Source of the DNA: a virus
Taxonomy: Duplodnaviria; Caudoviricetes
Direction: 5' to 3' (one strand)
IMG/VR virus record: IMGVR_UViG_3300032243_000867
Location: 201,896-265,895 of that record
DNA length: 64,000 nt
Made by a program: the position numbers and the translations under genes. Every line of letters starts with the position of its first letter. The stretch's first letter is position 1. Below are positions 1 through 10,300 of this stretch, one piece after another. The notes under the pieces were generated by a model. The model was not told the DNA's origin and did not search any database. It saw only the letters and a program-made list of their open reading frames with translations.

Positions 1-414
1 GACGATGTCCTCGGCCTCGGCCAGAACGGACTTCGGCACCTTCCACGTCTTCTCCTCCGCGTACCAGCGGGCTCCGATGGCCTTGAGCTTTTCCTTCACG
101 TCGTAGGTGCGACCGCGCACCGGGACGTAGTCGTCTTTAGACGACACCCCCGACAGGATGCGCGTCTCGTCCAAGGAGAGGTACAGAACCGCCCCGCGCA
201 GCACCAGCCCGTTGTTTCCGCCACGGGCACGGTAGAACCGGGTAGCCCGTTCGTTCTCGGGAATCTCGAACGGTTGCGCCTCCCACCAAGTGGAACCGTC
301 CGGGGCGAGGTGCTTGTAAGTACCCGGAGCGCCGAGAAGTTTGGCAATCTCTCCTTCGCTCTTCGGGGGGACGATCTCAGAAGTCTCGCCCGAGACGGGA
401 ATCAAGGTGGACAT
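1..414 (-). CDS. Hypothetical protein, 3'-partial (runs off the window start)
   Basis: Manually translated from ATG 414: MSTLIPVSGETSEIVPP...VRGRTYDVKEKLKAIGARWYAEEKTWKVP. Stop-free for 138 codons; GGGCGTAA lies 8 nt upstream. The C-terminal motif resembles small DUF5710-like phage domains. Confidence 0.7.
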   Translation of the reverse strand, partial: MSTLIPVSGETSEIVPPKSEGEIAKLLGAPGTYKHLAPDGSTWWEAQPFEIPENERATRFYRARGGNNGLVLRGAVLYLSLDETRILSGVSSKDDYVPVRGRTYDVKEKLKAIGARWYAEEKTWKVPKSVLAEAEDIV

Positions 415-422
415 GACCGACG

Positions 423-430
423 TTACGCCC
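423..430 (-). promoter_or_regulatory. GGGCGTAA motif
   Basis: Exact motif 8 nt upstream of ATG 414. Confidence 0.55.
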
Positions 431-447
431 GCGCGTAGGGTAGAGGA

Positions 448-741
448 ATGAACTTGACGGATTCGGAAGAAGTCAGCTTGCGAACCCGCGCCAACCTCGG
501 GCGCAGCTACTTGGGAGTTCCGGCGTTCTTCTTGACCATCGTCGGGGCAACCGTGGCGCTCGTTGCCCCCGTTGCTCACGAACCCGACAAAGCCGTGTAC
601 GGCGTGTACACCTTGGGAGCGGCCTTCGCCCTCTACCTACTCGGTGAGGTGGCGAACTTTCGGCGGGCGCGTGCTCGGGCCATCGTGCAGATGATTGACC
701 GGGAGCGCGCCTTCAGTTCGTCTATGACCCCCTTGGAGTAG
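448..741 (+). CDS. Small membrane protein, two predicted TM helices
   Basis: Hydrophobic stretches YLGVPAFFLTIVGATVALVAPVA and AVYGVYTLGAAFALYLLGEVA; GAGGA just upstream. Confidence 0.55.
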   Translation: MNLTDSEEVSLRTRANLGRSYLGVPAFFLTIVGATVALVAPVAHEPDKAVYGVYTLGAAFALYLLGEVANFRRARARAIVQMIDRERAFSSSMTPLE

Positions 742-748
742 GGAACGA

Positions 749-877
749 ATGCGAAAAGCAGCACAGGCACGGCCCCGTCGAACGAACAGCCCGGAAACGA
801 AAGAGAAAATGCGCCAGTCCGCTATCGAGGCGCATCGCGCTCGACGAGAGAAAACCTCAATGATTTCGGAGGGTTGA
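749..877 (+). pseudogene. 42-aa NUMOD3-like mini-ORF, possible homing endonuclease remnant
   Basis: Manual translation MRKAAQARPRRTNSPETKEKMRQSAIEAHRARREKTSMISEG; SPETKEKMRQS matches the repeats in the 6285-7361 protein. Confidence 0.35.
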
Positions 878-878
878 G

Positions 879-1760
879 ATGTCGTTTGGCTGGCTAGGGT
901 TTTTTCGCGCCGGGGCGTGGCTCTCCTACCGCACTTTCGTCCTTAATCAACGCCGGGACGTAGGCGCGCGTATCACCGCTATCAACGCGGAACTCGACCG
1001 CATTGGGTACGTTCGCATTCTGTACGCGGCGAACGCGAACAACCGGAACGTTCTGACCGAGAGGCGCATCGGGCTAGACGTTACGCCGAACACTTCCATC
1101 GAGCAGCTACTCCGCGCCTACATCGCGGCGGGGGGCAACCCCTTCGACATCTCGATGTTTCTCACCCCAGAATCTATCGAGGTGACGGAGAACGCTTCGG
1201 AACCGAACGCAGACGGGACGCTCTCCCAGACCTCGGTGAGACAGACGCAGCCCTACGGGGGGATCGCTACCTCTGCCACTACCGACCCTGTGACACCCGG
1301 CTTGTATATGGGAGGTTGGCTCCCCCTGTGGAGGTATCCCCCGCGCCGCTTCGGAAACACCGTAAGCTACACGGCCCAGGCTGCGGACATGACCCGGACG
1401 ATTCACGCGACGCGGGAATGGGTGACTCAGGAGATTCGTACCCTTCGGAACGATCTCGAAGCCCGGATCATCAAGCTCATGGATCTCCGCGAACAGCTCA
1501 CCAAGGAGAGGGACGAGCTCCTACCGCAGTCCGTCGCCGGGGCGGTGCCGAGCATTCCATGGTCCGACAACGGTCAGTTTGCCGTGAGCCACAACGTCGC
1601 CCCTATCGTCGAGGGTATCGACGCGGTTTTCTTTCCGACGAAGCTCCCGGACGGGAGGCGGGATTTCGACAACCCGCGTGTGTCGGGTCCGAACCCAGAG
1701 AGTCCGATGCTCCTGGACGACGCGCCGAACGGCGAAGAGGATTTTTGCGCGATTGGTTGA
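879..1760 (+). CDS. Hypothetical virion-module protein
   Basis: 293-aa ORF with genome-typical codon use, heading the baseplate operon. Confidence 0.7.
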   Translation: MSFGWLGFFRAGAWLSYRTFVLNQRRDVGARITAINAELDRIGYVRILYAANANNRNVLTERRIGLDVTPNTSIEQLLRAYIAAGGNPFDISMFLTPESIEVTENASEPNADGTLSQTSVRQTQPYGGIATSATTDPVTPGLYMGGWLPLWRYPPRRFGNTVSYTAQAADMTRTIHATREWVTQEIRTLRNDLEARIIKLMDLREQLTKERDELLPQSVAGAVPSIPWSDNGQFAVSHNVAPIVEGIDAVFFPTKLPDGRRDFDNPRVSGPNPESPMLLDDAPNGEEDFCAIG

Positions 1761-1796
1761 AGCGGTTTCCCCGCTATTGCACGCCCACGGTGAACC

Positions 1797-2900
1797 ATGT
1801 CGCTCGACGTGCAATTGGCTTTTTTGTGCCCCCACCTGATCGGTGAGGAACGGGTTGCTCTGGGTAGCGACCGCCGCACGTTGTACACGTCAAAGCCCAT
1901 CAACGGACCGTCCCTTCTACGAGTGCAGGCCAACGACGGGACGGACATCTCCCCTTACACGGGGCTTGTGACGCTCGCTTCGGTGAAGTCGTACCGCCGC
2001 GAGCCGTACAAGATCACCCTTGCGACCCGAACGCTCGTCGTCGTCTCCCAGACGGGTACGGCCACCGTGACGTTTCCCCAGGGGTACCTATCGGCGGCGC
2101 GGGTAACGGACGCCCTCAACGCCGGGGCGGGGAGCCTCATCGTGGCGGCAGCTTCCACAACGGGCTACGTCACGATCACGGACAAGGGCAATCCCGGACC
2201 CGCTTCGCGCGTGCAACTCTCGGGAAGCGCGCTGGAACCTCTCGGGTTCGACCTTCAATCGGGCGCGAAGGGGCGCACGGTTGTCCCGCCGTGGAGGCTG
2301 TACTCTCGGAACGTCGTGAACCCGCAGGATGCCGTGGATTCCCTCGGGTACTACGTCGGGTTCGATGCCCCCGTATCGCAGAACCCCTACTTCACGGTGA
2401 CGTACACCGTGGCCCCGAACCTGTGCCTTCGGTGCCTGACCACGGAGGTCGAGAACGATTACCGCTTCGACGCGCAGGGCGCGGCGCTGGTGGTGAAGGA
2501 CGAGAACCTCCTGTACCAATCCGTCCTGAAGTACCTTCTCACCGACATCAAATCGAATATGTACCACCCGTGGTACGGAAGCACTCTGAAGTCCCTTATC
2601 GGCACGAAGGTTCTGAGCGGCGCGGCGGCGGGTATCCGTCAGTCGGTGAGCACGGCGCTGTCTACCTTCAAGGCGTTGCAGGACGCCCAAGCGAAGTACC
2701 AACGGATCACGGCCAAGGAGAGACTTTTCTCCGTGGACAACATCGCCGTGGCTCAGTCCCCCGTTGATCCGACGGTGTTCTACGTTCAGGTCAGCGTGCG
2801 AAACTACGCGAACGAACCCGTGGACATCACCATCGCGTACGCGGCACCGGGGACGTTCGCGCTACCGGGCACCAACCAGATCTCACTAGGGAACTATTGA
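1797..2900 (+). CDS. Baseplate wedge protein with C-terminal gp25/sheath-initiator-like domain
   Basis: C-terminal ENLLYQSVLKYLLTDIKSNMYHPWYGSTLKSLIG...FYVQVSVRN resembles the gp25/GPW family; directly upstream of baseplate J. Confidence 0.7.
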   Translation: MSLDVQLAFLCPHLIGEERVALGSDRRTLYTSKPINGPSLLRVQANDGTDISPYTGLVTLASVKSYRREPYKITLATRTLVVVSQTGTATVTFPQGYLSAARVTDALNAGAGSLIVAAASTTGYVTITDKGNPGPASRVQLSGSALEPLGFDLQSGAKGRTVVPPWRLYSRNVVNPQDAVDSLGYYVGFDAPVSQNPYFTVTYTVAPNLCLRCLTTEVENDYRFDAQGAALVVKDENLLYQSVLKYLLTDIKSNMYHPWYGSTLKSLIGTKVLSGAAAGIRQSVSTALSTFKALQDAQAKYQRITAKERLFSVDNIAVAQSPVDPTVFYVQVSVRNYANEPVDITIAYAAPGTFALPGTNQISLGNY

Positions 2901-5900
2901 TGGCCACCTCGGTACAGATTCTCGGTCCCGACAATGTCCTCCGGGAAACCCTCATCTTTAGCACGACGCAGACCGCCCGGTTCTTCACGGGGGTTCTCCC
3001 CGATGACACGGTGGACGTGGAGGTGTCCCTCTTCGGCCAGCCTTTCACCACGGACCCGACGCTGGTCGCGTTTCAGGGCACGGGCTTCGTTGTCCCGAAC
3101 CCCACGGCATACCCCGGCGGGTTGGACCTTTTCTCGGGCGACAACGAGATTCAGGTCCGGGCCGTGTTCCTCTCGGGGACTCGTTCGCCCGCCGCGACCG
3201 CCACGGTGCATCTCCTTCCGGCGAACCAGTCCGAGACTTTCTCCCCTCCCACGGGCGTCACCCTCGAACGTCTGGACGGGTCGGTGAAGGTGACGGTGCT
3301 CGGGCTCTCGGACGCCCGCATTGTCGGATACAACTTCTACGCTTCGTCCACGCAAGGGGGCGGGACGGCGGGTTACTCTCTTCTCAACGTGAACCGGGTG
3401 ACTACGGGGACGCCCGTTCAGAACGTCACCGACCTCTACACCCTCACGGCGGACAACGTAGCTCAGACGGCCACGCCCCTCTACTACCGGGCGGTTATCA
3501 CGCAAGAGAACAGCGCCGAGACGGTTCTATCGACGGACGTAGACTCGCGGGTGGAGATCCCCAGTGCGGTGACGGCTCTTCGGTCTACCGTGACGGTTTC
3601 CTCCGTCGAGACTCTCACCTACTACAGCTTTCAGCACAACCGCTCTGCCTCGGCGCTATCTATCCCCGCCACGATCTTCAACGGGGTGTTCGCTAGCACC
3701 CCGGCGACGGACCTTCTGTACTACGTCTCCACGGCGATCTACTACGACAGCATCCTTCGGGTGGAGTACGAGTCGTACTACTCCACGGAGGTGACGGGGG
3801 CTCCCGCGCAAGTACGCCAACAGATCAACGGCATCACCGCCGTGTCTCGGCAACAGGTTCTGGAGAACGCCATCGCTAGCATCTACCGGCAAAACCCCGA
3901 CATCGCGGTTCAACCGGGCTCGGTGGTGCGGGATACGTTCCTCGACCCGTTCACCACGGAGGCCGAACGTCTCCGTCTCATGCTGGACTACGTGTACCGC
4001 GCGAGTTCGTTCGACACCCTGCTCTTGGTAGACGACCCCTCGGGATCGGGAGTCTCTCAGCCCCCGGCTTCCTCCCCCTACAAGACCGCGCTAGCGGCGG
4101 CGCTGTTCTACGCGAACGTGGACGACGTGCAAAACGTCATCGACGGAAGCTTCGACAAGATCGCCGCGAACTTCGACGTGTTCCGCCTCGCGGGCACCCC
4201 CGCCGTGGGGGAGGTTCGCTTCTACACCTCCGCCGTTCCCTCCCAGACCGTTCAGATTCCTCTGGGAACGGTGGTGAAGGGCGGTGGGGTTGATTTCCGA
4301 ACTACGCGCTCCGCGTCGATGCCGGTGTCCCAGCTCGCTTCGTTCTACAACCCCTCCACCCGCCTTTACTCGGTCACGGTGCCGGTGCGGGCGATCAGCG
4401 TGGGGGCATCTACGAACGTCGGCCCGAACCAACTCACCAACTCGAACGTGTACGGGATGTCCGTTACGAACGATGCGGCGACCTTCGGCGGCGCGGACAT
4501 CGAGACCAATGCGCGTCTCGCCGCCCGCGCCCGGAACTCCCTCGCTTCGGTGGATACGGGTACGACCCTCGGGTATCTCCAAACGGCAGCGGGGGTGCCG
4601 GGAACGATCCAGAACATGGTAGTCCGGGCGGGCGACCCCCTCATGCAGCGGGACTACGACACCACTCTTCAGCGGCACTTGGGCGGGAAGGTAGACGTGT
4701 GGGCGCGGGGGCTCCGCACCGTCACCGTCACGGACTCCTTCGCGTTCACCTACGAACGCCGAGACGGCGTGCAGTTCGTCGTGATCGGCAACCCGATGAA
4801 CTACGTGTTCCGAGCGGTGAGCGAAGAGGTGACGCCCGACAACCCTCTGGCCGCGATGCTGTACTACCCTTCGCTGGACCTGGGGCTGAAGAACGTGACA
4901 ACGGGCACGACGTTCAACCTCACCAACGTCACCTACCTGAACTTCAATACCATCCAGCTCGACGCGACCCTCACGCAACCGCCCGTCACCCTCACGGACA
5001 TCGTGCTAGGGGACTTCCGGTTCCGCCTCGGAAACAAGCACACCTTCGTGCGCCAGCCCGTGAACGCTGTGTCTTCGGTGGTCGGAGACGTTACGGGGTC
5101 GCTAGACTTCGACTTGTTCTCTCTGGTTCACCCGAACGGGCCTCTGGGCCTCGGGTGCAGCACCAAGGCCGGAGACTACCTCCAGATCAACCAGTCCACC
5201 GACCCGGCGGCGGTTACTCCCTCGGGGAACCTCATCCCGGTTTCTTCCGAACCCCACGTCATCACCGGGTTCTACACGGAGTACCTGTACTTCCTCGGTG
5301 CGGAGACTCTCTCCATCGTGGTGAAGGACAACACCAACTCGATTACCTACAAGGGTCCCTACGATCCCAGCGGGTCGCCCGATTACCTCATCGTTGAGGG
5401 CACCTCGACCACGGCGGCGGGTATCAAGCGCACCTCGACCAGCGCGATCCCGGACGGCGCGGTCATTCTCATCTCGTACAGCTACTACGAGAACTTCGCC
5501 GTGACCTACACGACGAACTTGGTGACCTCGGTGCTTCAGCAAGAGCTTGACGACATGGCTCACGCCACAGCGGACGTTCTCGCAAAACAAGCCGTTCTCA
5601 CCCCGGTGGACATCACGGCTACGGTGATTCTGAAGAAGGGCGTGGACCGCGTGAACGCGGACCTCGCGATCCGCAACAATCTCCAGTACCTCGCGGGGAC
5701 GCTCAAGCTCGGTGACCCGATGCGTCGCAGCGACGTGATCGGTGAGATCGACGGGACCGCCGGGGTGTCCTACGTCGTTGTCCCGCTCACAAAAATGGTA
5801 CGGGCGACGGGGTGCCAGATCGTGCGGAACGATCTGGCTACGGGCTCCTTCGCGGACTCGTTCCTCATCCCCGATTGGTCCAACGGCCAGTATCAGACGT

Positions 5901-6265
5901 GGCTGATTCTCGAAGAGCTCACGGCCCCGACCGCTACGGGGGGCGGGCCTATCAACGAGTTTCGTGGGGTGTACCAAGACGACAACGAGCTCACCCTTCA
6001 GTTGTCCGCGCCGCAGAACCTCGCCCTCGCTGGAGGGCAAGCCTACATCATCGGCAGCGAGGGTCAGGTGATCCCCGGTTACGGAACGGGTGCCGTGAAG
6101 AACCGTGTGCTGGTCTCCCTCCCCGTAGGGGACACCCCGACGAACCACACGTACTGGTGTACCTACACCACGTCGGAGGACGTGGGCGACAAGGACATCG
6201 ACCCGAACTCGATGGAGTTCTTGGTGCTGGGTGATGTGCAAATTACGTTTGACGAGGATAGATAG
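2900..6265 (+). CDS. Baseplate J-like (wedge) protein, extended
   Basis: PGSVVRDTFLDP, AGTPAVGEVRF and VTNDAATFGGADIETNARLAARARNSL motifs are typical of Baseplate_J; TGATG overlap with the previous gene. Confidence 0.85.
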   Translation: MATSVQILGPDNVLRETLIFSTTQTARFFTGVLPDDTVDVEVSLFGQPFTTDPTLVAFQGTGFVVPNPTAYPGGLDLFSGDNEIQVRAVFLSGTRSPAATATVHLLPANQSETFSPPTGVTLERLDGSVKVTVLGLSDARIVGYNFYASSTQGGGTAGYSLLNVNRVTTGTPVQNVTDLYTLTADNVAQTATPLYYRAVITQENSAETVLSTDVDSRVEIPSAVTALRSTVTVSSVETLTYYSFQHNRSASALSIPATIFNGVFASTPATDLLYYVSTAIYYDSILRVEYESYYSTEVTGAPAQVRQQINGITAVSRQQVLENAIASIYRQNPDIAVQPGSVVRDTFLDPFTTEAERLRLMLDYVYRASSFDTLLLVDDPSGSGVSQPPASSPYKTALAAALFYANVDDVQNVIDGSFDKIAANFDVFRLAGTPAVGEVRFYTSAVPSQTVQIPLGTVVKGGGVDFRTTRSASMPVSQLASFYNPSTRLYSVTVPVRAISVGASTNVGPNQLTNSNVYGMSVTNDAATFGGADIETNARLAARARNSLASVDTGTTLGYLQTAAGVPGTIQNMVVRAGDPLMQRDYDTTLQRHLGGKVDVWARGLRTVTVTDSFAFTYERRDGVQFVVIGNPMNYVFRAVSEEVTPDNPLAAMLYYPSLDLGLKNVTTGTTFNLTNVTYLNFNTIQLDATLTQPPVTLTDIVLGDFRFRLGNKHTFVRQPVNAVSSVVGDVTGSLDFDLFSLVHPNGPLGLGCSTKAGDYLQINQSTDPAAVTPSGNLIPVSSEPHVITGFYTEYLYFLGAETLSIVVKDNTNSITYKGPYDPSGSPDYLIVEGTSTTAAGIKRTSTSAIPDGAVILISYSYYENFAVTYTTNLVTSVLQQELDDMAHATADVLAKQAVLTPVDITATVILKKGVDRVNADLAIRNNLQYLAGTLKLGDPMRRSDVIGEIDGTAGVSYVVVPLTKMVRATGCQIVRNDLATGSFADSFLIPDWSNGQYQTWLILEELTAPTATGGGPINEFRGVYQDDNELTLQLSAPQNLALAGGQAYIIGSEGQVIPGYGTGAVKNRVLVSLPVGDTPTNHTYWCTYTTSEDVGDKDIDPNSMEFLVLGDVQITFDEDR

Positions 6266-6284
6266 CTTATACCTCTCGGAGGGT

Positions 6285-7361
6285 ATGCGGTTCATCTACG
6301 ACGGTCACGCCAATGAGGGTGGAATCTACCGGATCACCAACCAGATCAACGGTCGGTTCTACATTGGCAGCACTTGTCAGTTCAAGGTGAGATGGGCAAC
6401 CCATCGCCGTGAACTACTCAAGGGGAACCACTGTAACGCATTTCTCCAGAATGACTTCAACAAGTGTGGCGCAGATGCGTTCGTTGTTGAGGTGCTGGAG
6501 GTGATCCCGGACAGGGACTCCCGCCTCTGGGCTGAAGGTGCGCTGATCCGCCAGCACTTCGGAAAGGGGTGTTACAACCTCGAACCTGAAGTAGGCCCCC
6601 ACTATCCAGTGAACTCACGGCCCCGGAAACCGCATACCGAGGCAACCAAGGAAAAAATTCGTCAGGCCAAGCGGGGTAAGAGACTCCCCCCAGAGGTCGA
6701 GGCACAACGTGTAGATGCTGTCCGAGCATCCATGGCAAAACTGAAAGCCACCGGAGGAACCCGTGATTGGGGGGCATCCAAGCGTGGGGTACCTCGAACC
6801 GAGGAAGCCAAGGCCAAAATGCGGGAGTCCGTTGAGCAGCGCCGACAGAATGGGACACTGGTTCTGTCCCCAGAGCAGAGGGATCACCTTCGTCAGGTCA
6901 ACCTCGGCAAAGTCTACGGTCCGCGTAGCGAAGAGACAAAGGCGAAACTGCGGGAGGCCTGGGAGTATCGTCCCAGGGTAGCAACCCGTGGTCCTATGAG
7001 CGAAGAGACCAAGGAGAACATCCGGCGGTCCAAGCTCGGGACCAGCCACACGGAAACGGCACGGGCTAAGATGTCAGCATCACACAAGGGCCGACCGTTG
7101 TCCGACGAGACAAAAGCCAAAATGTCCACCGCACGGAAGGGTCAGGGCACGGGCCGACGCCACTCAGAGGAGACTCGGGCCAAGATGTCGGCTGCGAAGA
7201 AAGGCCGACAGGGACGACCCCTGTCGGATGAGACCAAGGCCAAAATCTCTGCCGCACGGAAAAATCGTAGGTCTGTGCCCCACTCAGAGGAAACGCGGGC
7301 CATGATGTCACTCGCACAACAAAACCGTAGGGCATCCGAGAAGAGTGGGGCTGCACAGTGA
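6285..7361 (+). CDS. Free-standing GIY-YIG homing endonuclease with NUMOD3 repeats
   Basis: GGIYRITNQINGRFYIGST...HRRELLKGNHCNAFLQNDFNKCG nuclease domain, then repeated (H/L/M)SEET(K/R)AK(M/I/L)S motifs; start placed at ATG 6285 after GGAGG. Confidence 0.9.
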   Translation: MRFIYDGHANEGGIYRITNQINGRFYIGSTCQFKVRWATHRRELLKGNHCNAFLQNDFNKCGADAFVVEVLEVIPDRDSRLWAEGALIRQHFGKGCYNLEPEVGPHYPVNSRPRKPHTEATKEKIRQAKRGKRLPPEVEAQRVDAVRASMAKLKATGGTRDWGASKRGVPRTEEAKAKMRESVEQRRQNGTLVLSPEQRDHLRQVNLGKVYGPRSEETKAKLREAWEYRPRVATRGPMSEETKENIRRSKLGTSHTETARAKMSASHKGRPLSDETKAKMSTARKGQGTGRRHSEETRAKMSAAKKGRQGRPLSDETKAKISAARKNRRSVPHSEETRAMMSLAQQNRRASEKSGAAQ

Positions 7362-10300
7362 CAACACCCATCATCCCGAAGTCTCCGGTCCTCTACGGGC
7401 TGTACAGGTTCTTCCCGCCGTCGGTCTACGGGCCAGCGCCGCAGAACCCCGCGCCCTTCAACCTGCACGGGCAGGTGGATCTGGACCGGGTGAAGTCCCT
7501 GGCTGACCAGATCGTGACGGTGTTCCTGAACTCTCTGCCGAGCAACTATGTCTCGCAGGTGAAGGGGCCGTACTACGTCCAGCAGTTCCAAGCAGCGGCG
7601 GAAGAACTCGCGAAGATTCAGGTACTGCTTTCCGACGCCTACGAAGACAGCGACTACGACTTCACCCGCACGGAGGTTCTGTACCAGTTCCTCGCCACGC
7701 TGGTGTTCCCGGACTCGGGGAAGTCTGGGCTACCCCAGATCGACGGGGATCTCACCTACCGTGACTTCCTCAAGCGCATGGTCGCCCTGCTGTTGCAGGG
7801 GTCGAAGTACGTCTCGCTGGTAGGCGGGCTGGAAGCCCTCACCGACGCGAACGTGTCGGTGCTGGAAAAGGTCAAGCATCTTTCCGACCCGGGAATCCTA
7901 TGGACCCTTGCCGACCAGTTCACCTTCGAGGTGGACGTGTCGAACTTCAAGCGCACGGGTACCACCACGGCGATCACCGTCGCCACGCACTACCACACCG
8001 TCACGGTGAACGTATCGGGCACGGGCACCACGGCCTCGGTGCTGTACGACGCGGGCACCGGGCCAGCGCACACGCACACGATCACCGACTTCTTGGTGCA
8101 AGAGGGCGCGGGCACGGGACAAGCCCCGCACACTCACGACCTGATCTCGACGTTCCCCGACCTGCCCATCGTCCTTCAGCGCAACGCGGCGCTGGTGCTC
8201 CAGGCCCTCGATCCGGCCAGCACCTTGTACGAGTACCGAAATCTGTTTCGCGAGAACCTACGGGGGCTCATCACCGACCAAGTGACGGCGATGGACCTGT
8301 CCTCGGGATACTACGAGGACTTCCGGCACGATTGCTCGGGCGTGCGGGAAATCTCGGGCACCGACGGCATCGTGGGCGCGGACCGCTTCCTGTTCCACGA
8401 CCCGACCCTGTCGTTTCGCAGCGTGCGTGTCGGCGCGGAACTGGTCATTCCGGTGCTCCCGCCTCCCGCACCTTCGTCTCACCTACCGCGCGAGAACCGC
8501 TACCGGGTCACGGCGGTGGTGCCCTTCCCCTACGGCGACGACCCCATTCCGCGCGCGTATACCACGTCGCCCACGGGCTTGACGGGATTCGTGACCGTGA
8601 GCGAGGGCGCGTTCACGGATACGACCCAGAACTTCACCCTGTGCGGCGAGGGTGAGACTATCACCCTCACCTCGGGGCCGAACGCAGGCACCTACCTGTT
8701 GGACGTGGCCACGGGGTTGAACGGGGGTCCGTTGGGCAACCCGGCTACTCTCGGACCGTCCACGGGCGTGCGCCCCGTGCCGTCCTACCTCCGGGTGGTG
8801 CCGCGCATTATGACCCCCGGTACGGGCATCACCTACCGGGTGATGGTGGATCACCTCGGCGTGCGCGTGCCGCAGACGGTGACGAACGAAGATGCCGGTT
8901 GGTACTTCTTCGGCCCCGCCGTCACGGACACCCTCTACACGCGCCTCGGGCCTCTGGTGAAGTCTTGGGGTGACGCAACCCCGGCGCAGGTGGCCGACGT
9001 GACGGTGCGGTACGACGGGCTCCCTATCCCCGTCAGTGCCGTCAACCCCTACACGGGGGAAGTCACCCTCGCCGCGCCCGTCGCCCCGTTTGCGCCGGGG
9101 GCTCACACGGTAACGGTGAGCTACCGCTGGTTCATCTCGCCCGTGACGGGGATGGCGGGGTTGAACACCAAGGGGCTCACCCTCAACAAGTGGTCCCTGC
9201 GCGGTGGCCGCAACACAACCACCACCCCGACGCCGACGAGCGTCTATGGCGGTTTCTACACCACCCCGTTTCCCATGGGCGTGACCCTCGGGCGGTTCAA
9301 CCGTCGGGCTCCCTCCCTTCGCATCGCTCACAGGTACATCGGGTTCGAGAAGGGCTACACGGCGAGCCTCAACTCACCGACCACGATGCTCCTCAATCAA
9401 GTGCCGGGGAGAACCTCCGTTCCGTACGCCGTCGCGGACGTATCGCCCCAGAGCTTCCGATACGAGGGTGACGTACTGCCCGCCGCACCGTGGGAGCCCG
9501 TGGGTCCGGTGCTCGGGTCGCTGAATGAGGGGTACTACACCCTCGCGGACAACAGCCCCGCGCAGGTGGGTTACTGGAAGCGGGACTTCGCCCTTCCTAC
9601 CTCCACCACCGTCGCGATGGCCGCACGCTTTCGAGTGGTGAGTGCGAGCCCTGATGGGGTGTTCGCGGGCGTGGGCTTCGGGTTCCACAACAACCGTAGG
9701 CTGTTCTTCGCGGGTGCGTTGCGGGTGCCGAACCCGGTGACGGGAGAGCCTCTTCGGCACATTGGGATTCTCCTCCGTCCGGGAGACGCCTCACTGCGGT
9801 CTTCGTGGACCATCGGGCCGAACGCAGACGGCAAAGTGCAGAAGCTGTCCGCAGGGGCGACCTACGGCACGGTGGCCGTCCCCACGGCCACCGTGCCGAC
9901 ACTGGTCACGGCGGGCGACAAGTTTCAGATTCTCGACGGCACGCAAGCTGGCGTGTACACGATCACGGACTTGTACCTGTCGCGGCGCACGGGGCAGACC
10001 TTCTTGGTCGTTTCACCCCCGTTCCCGGCGAACCCGGAGCTTTTCGGCAACCGGGACGTGACCCTGTACTTCGACACCCCGTGGGATGCGGGGATGTGTA
10101 CGTGGCGTCTGTACGCGAACACCCGTAGTCAATCCGTCACGGTGGTGTTTGGCGGCACGTCGGGGTCTACGACCTCGGTCACGACGAACACCTTGGCTAG
10201 CCCCGCGTACCTCGGCCCGGACGTACTCCCAGAGGGCTACGGGCGGGCGCTCTGGGGCTCCCTCGACCGCATCGCCACGAACACTGCGACGTGGGACTTC

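Noticed and set aside
448-741. Holin
   Set aside because: Two TM helices fit, but no endolysin or spanin is nearby; kept as a generic membrane protein
6266-7361. Group I intron around the GIY-YIG gene
   Set aside because: The upstream gene ends in a normal stop, the downstream gene has its own start, and there is no non-coding room for an intron core
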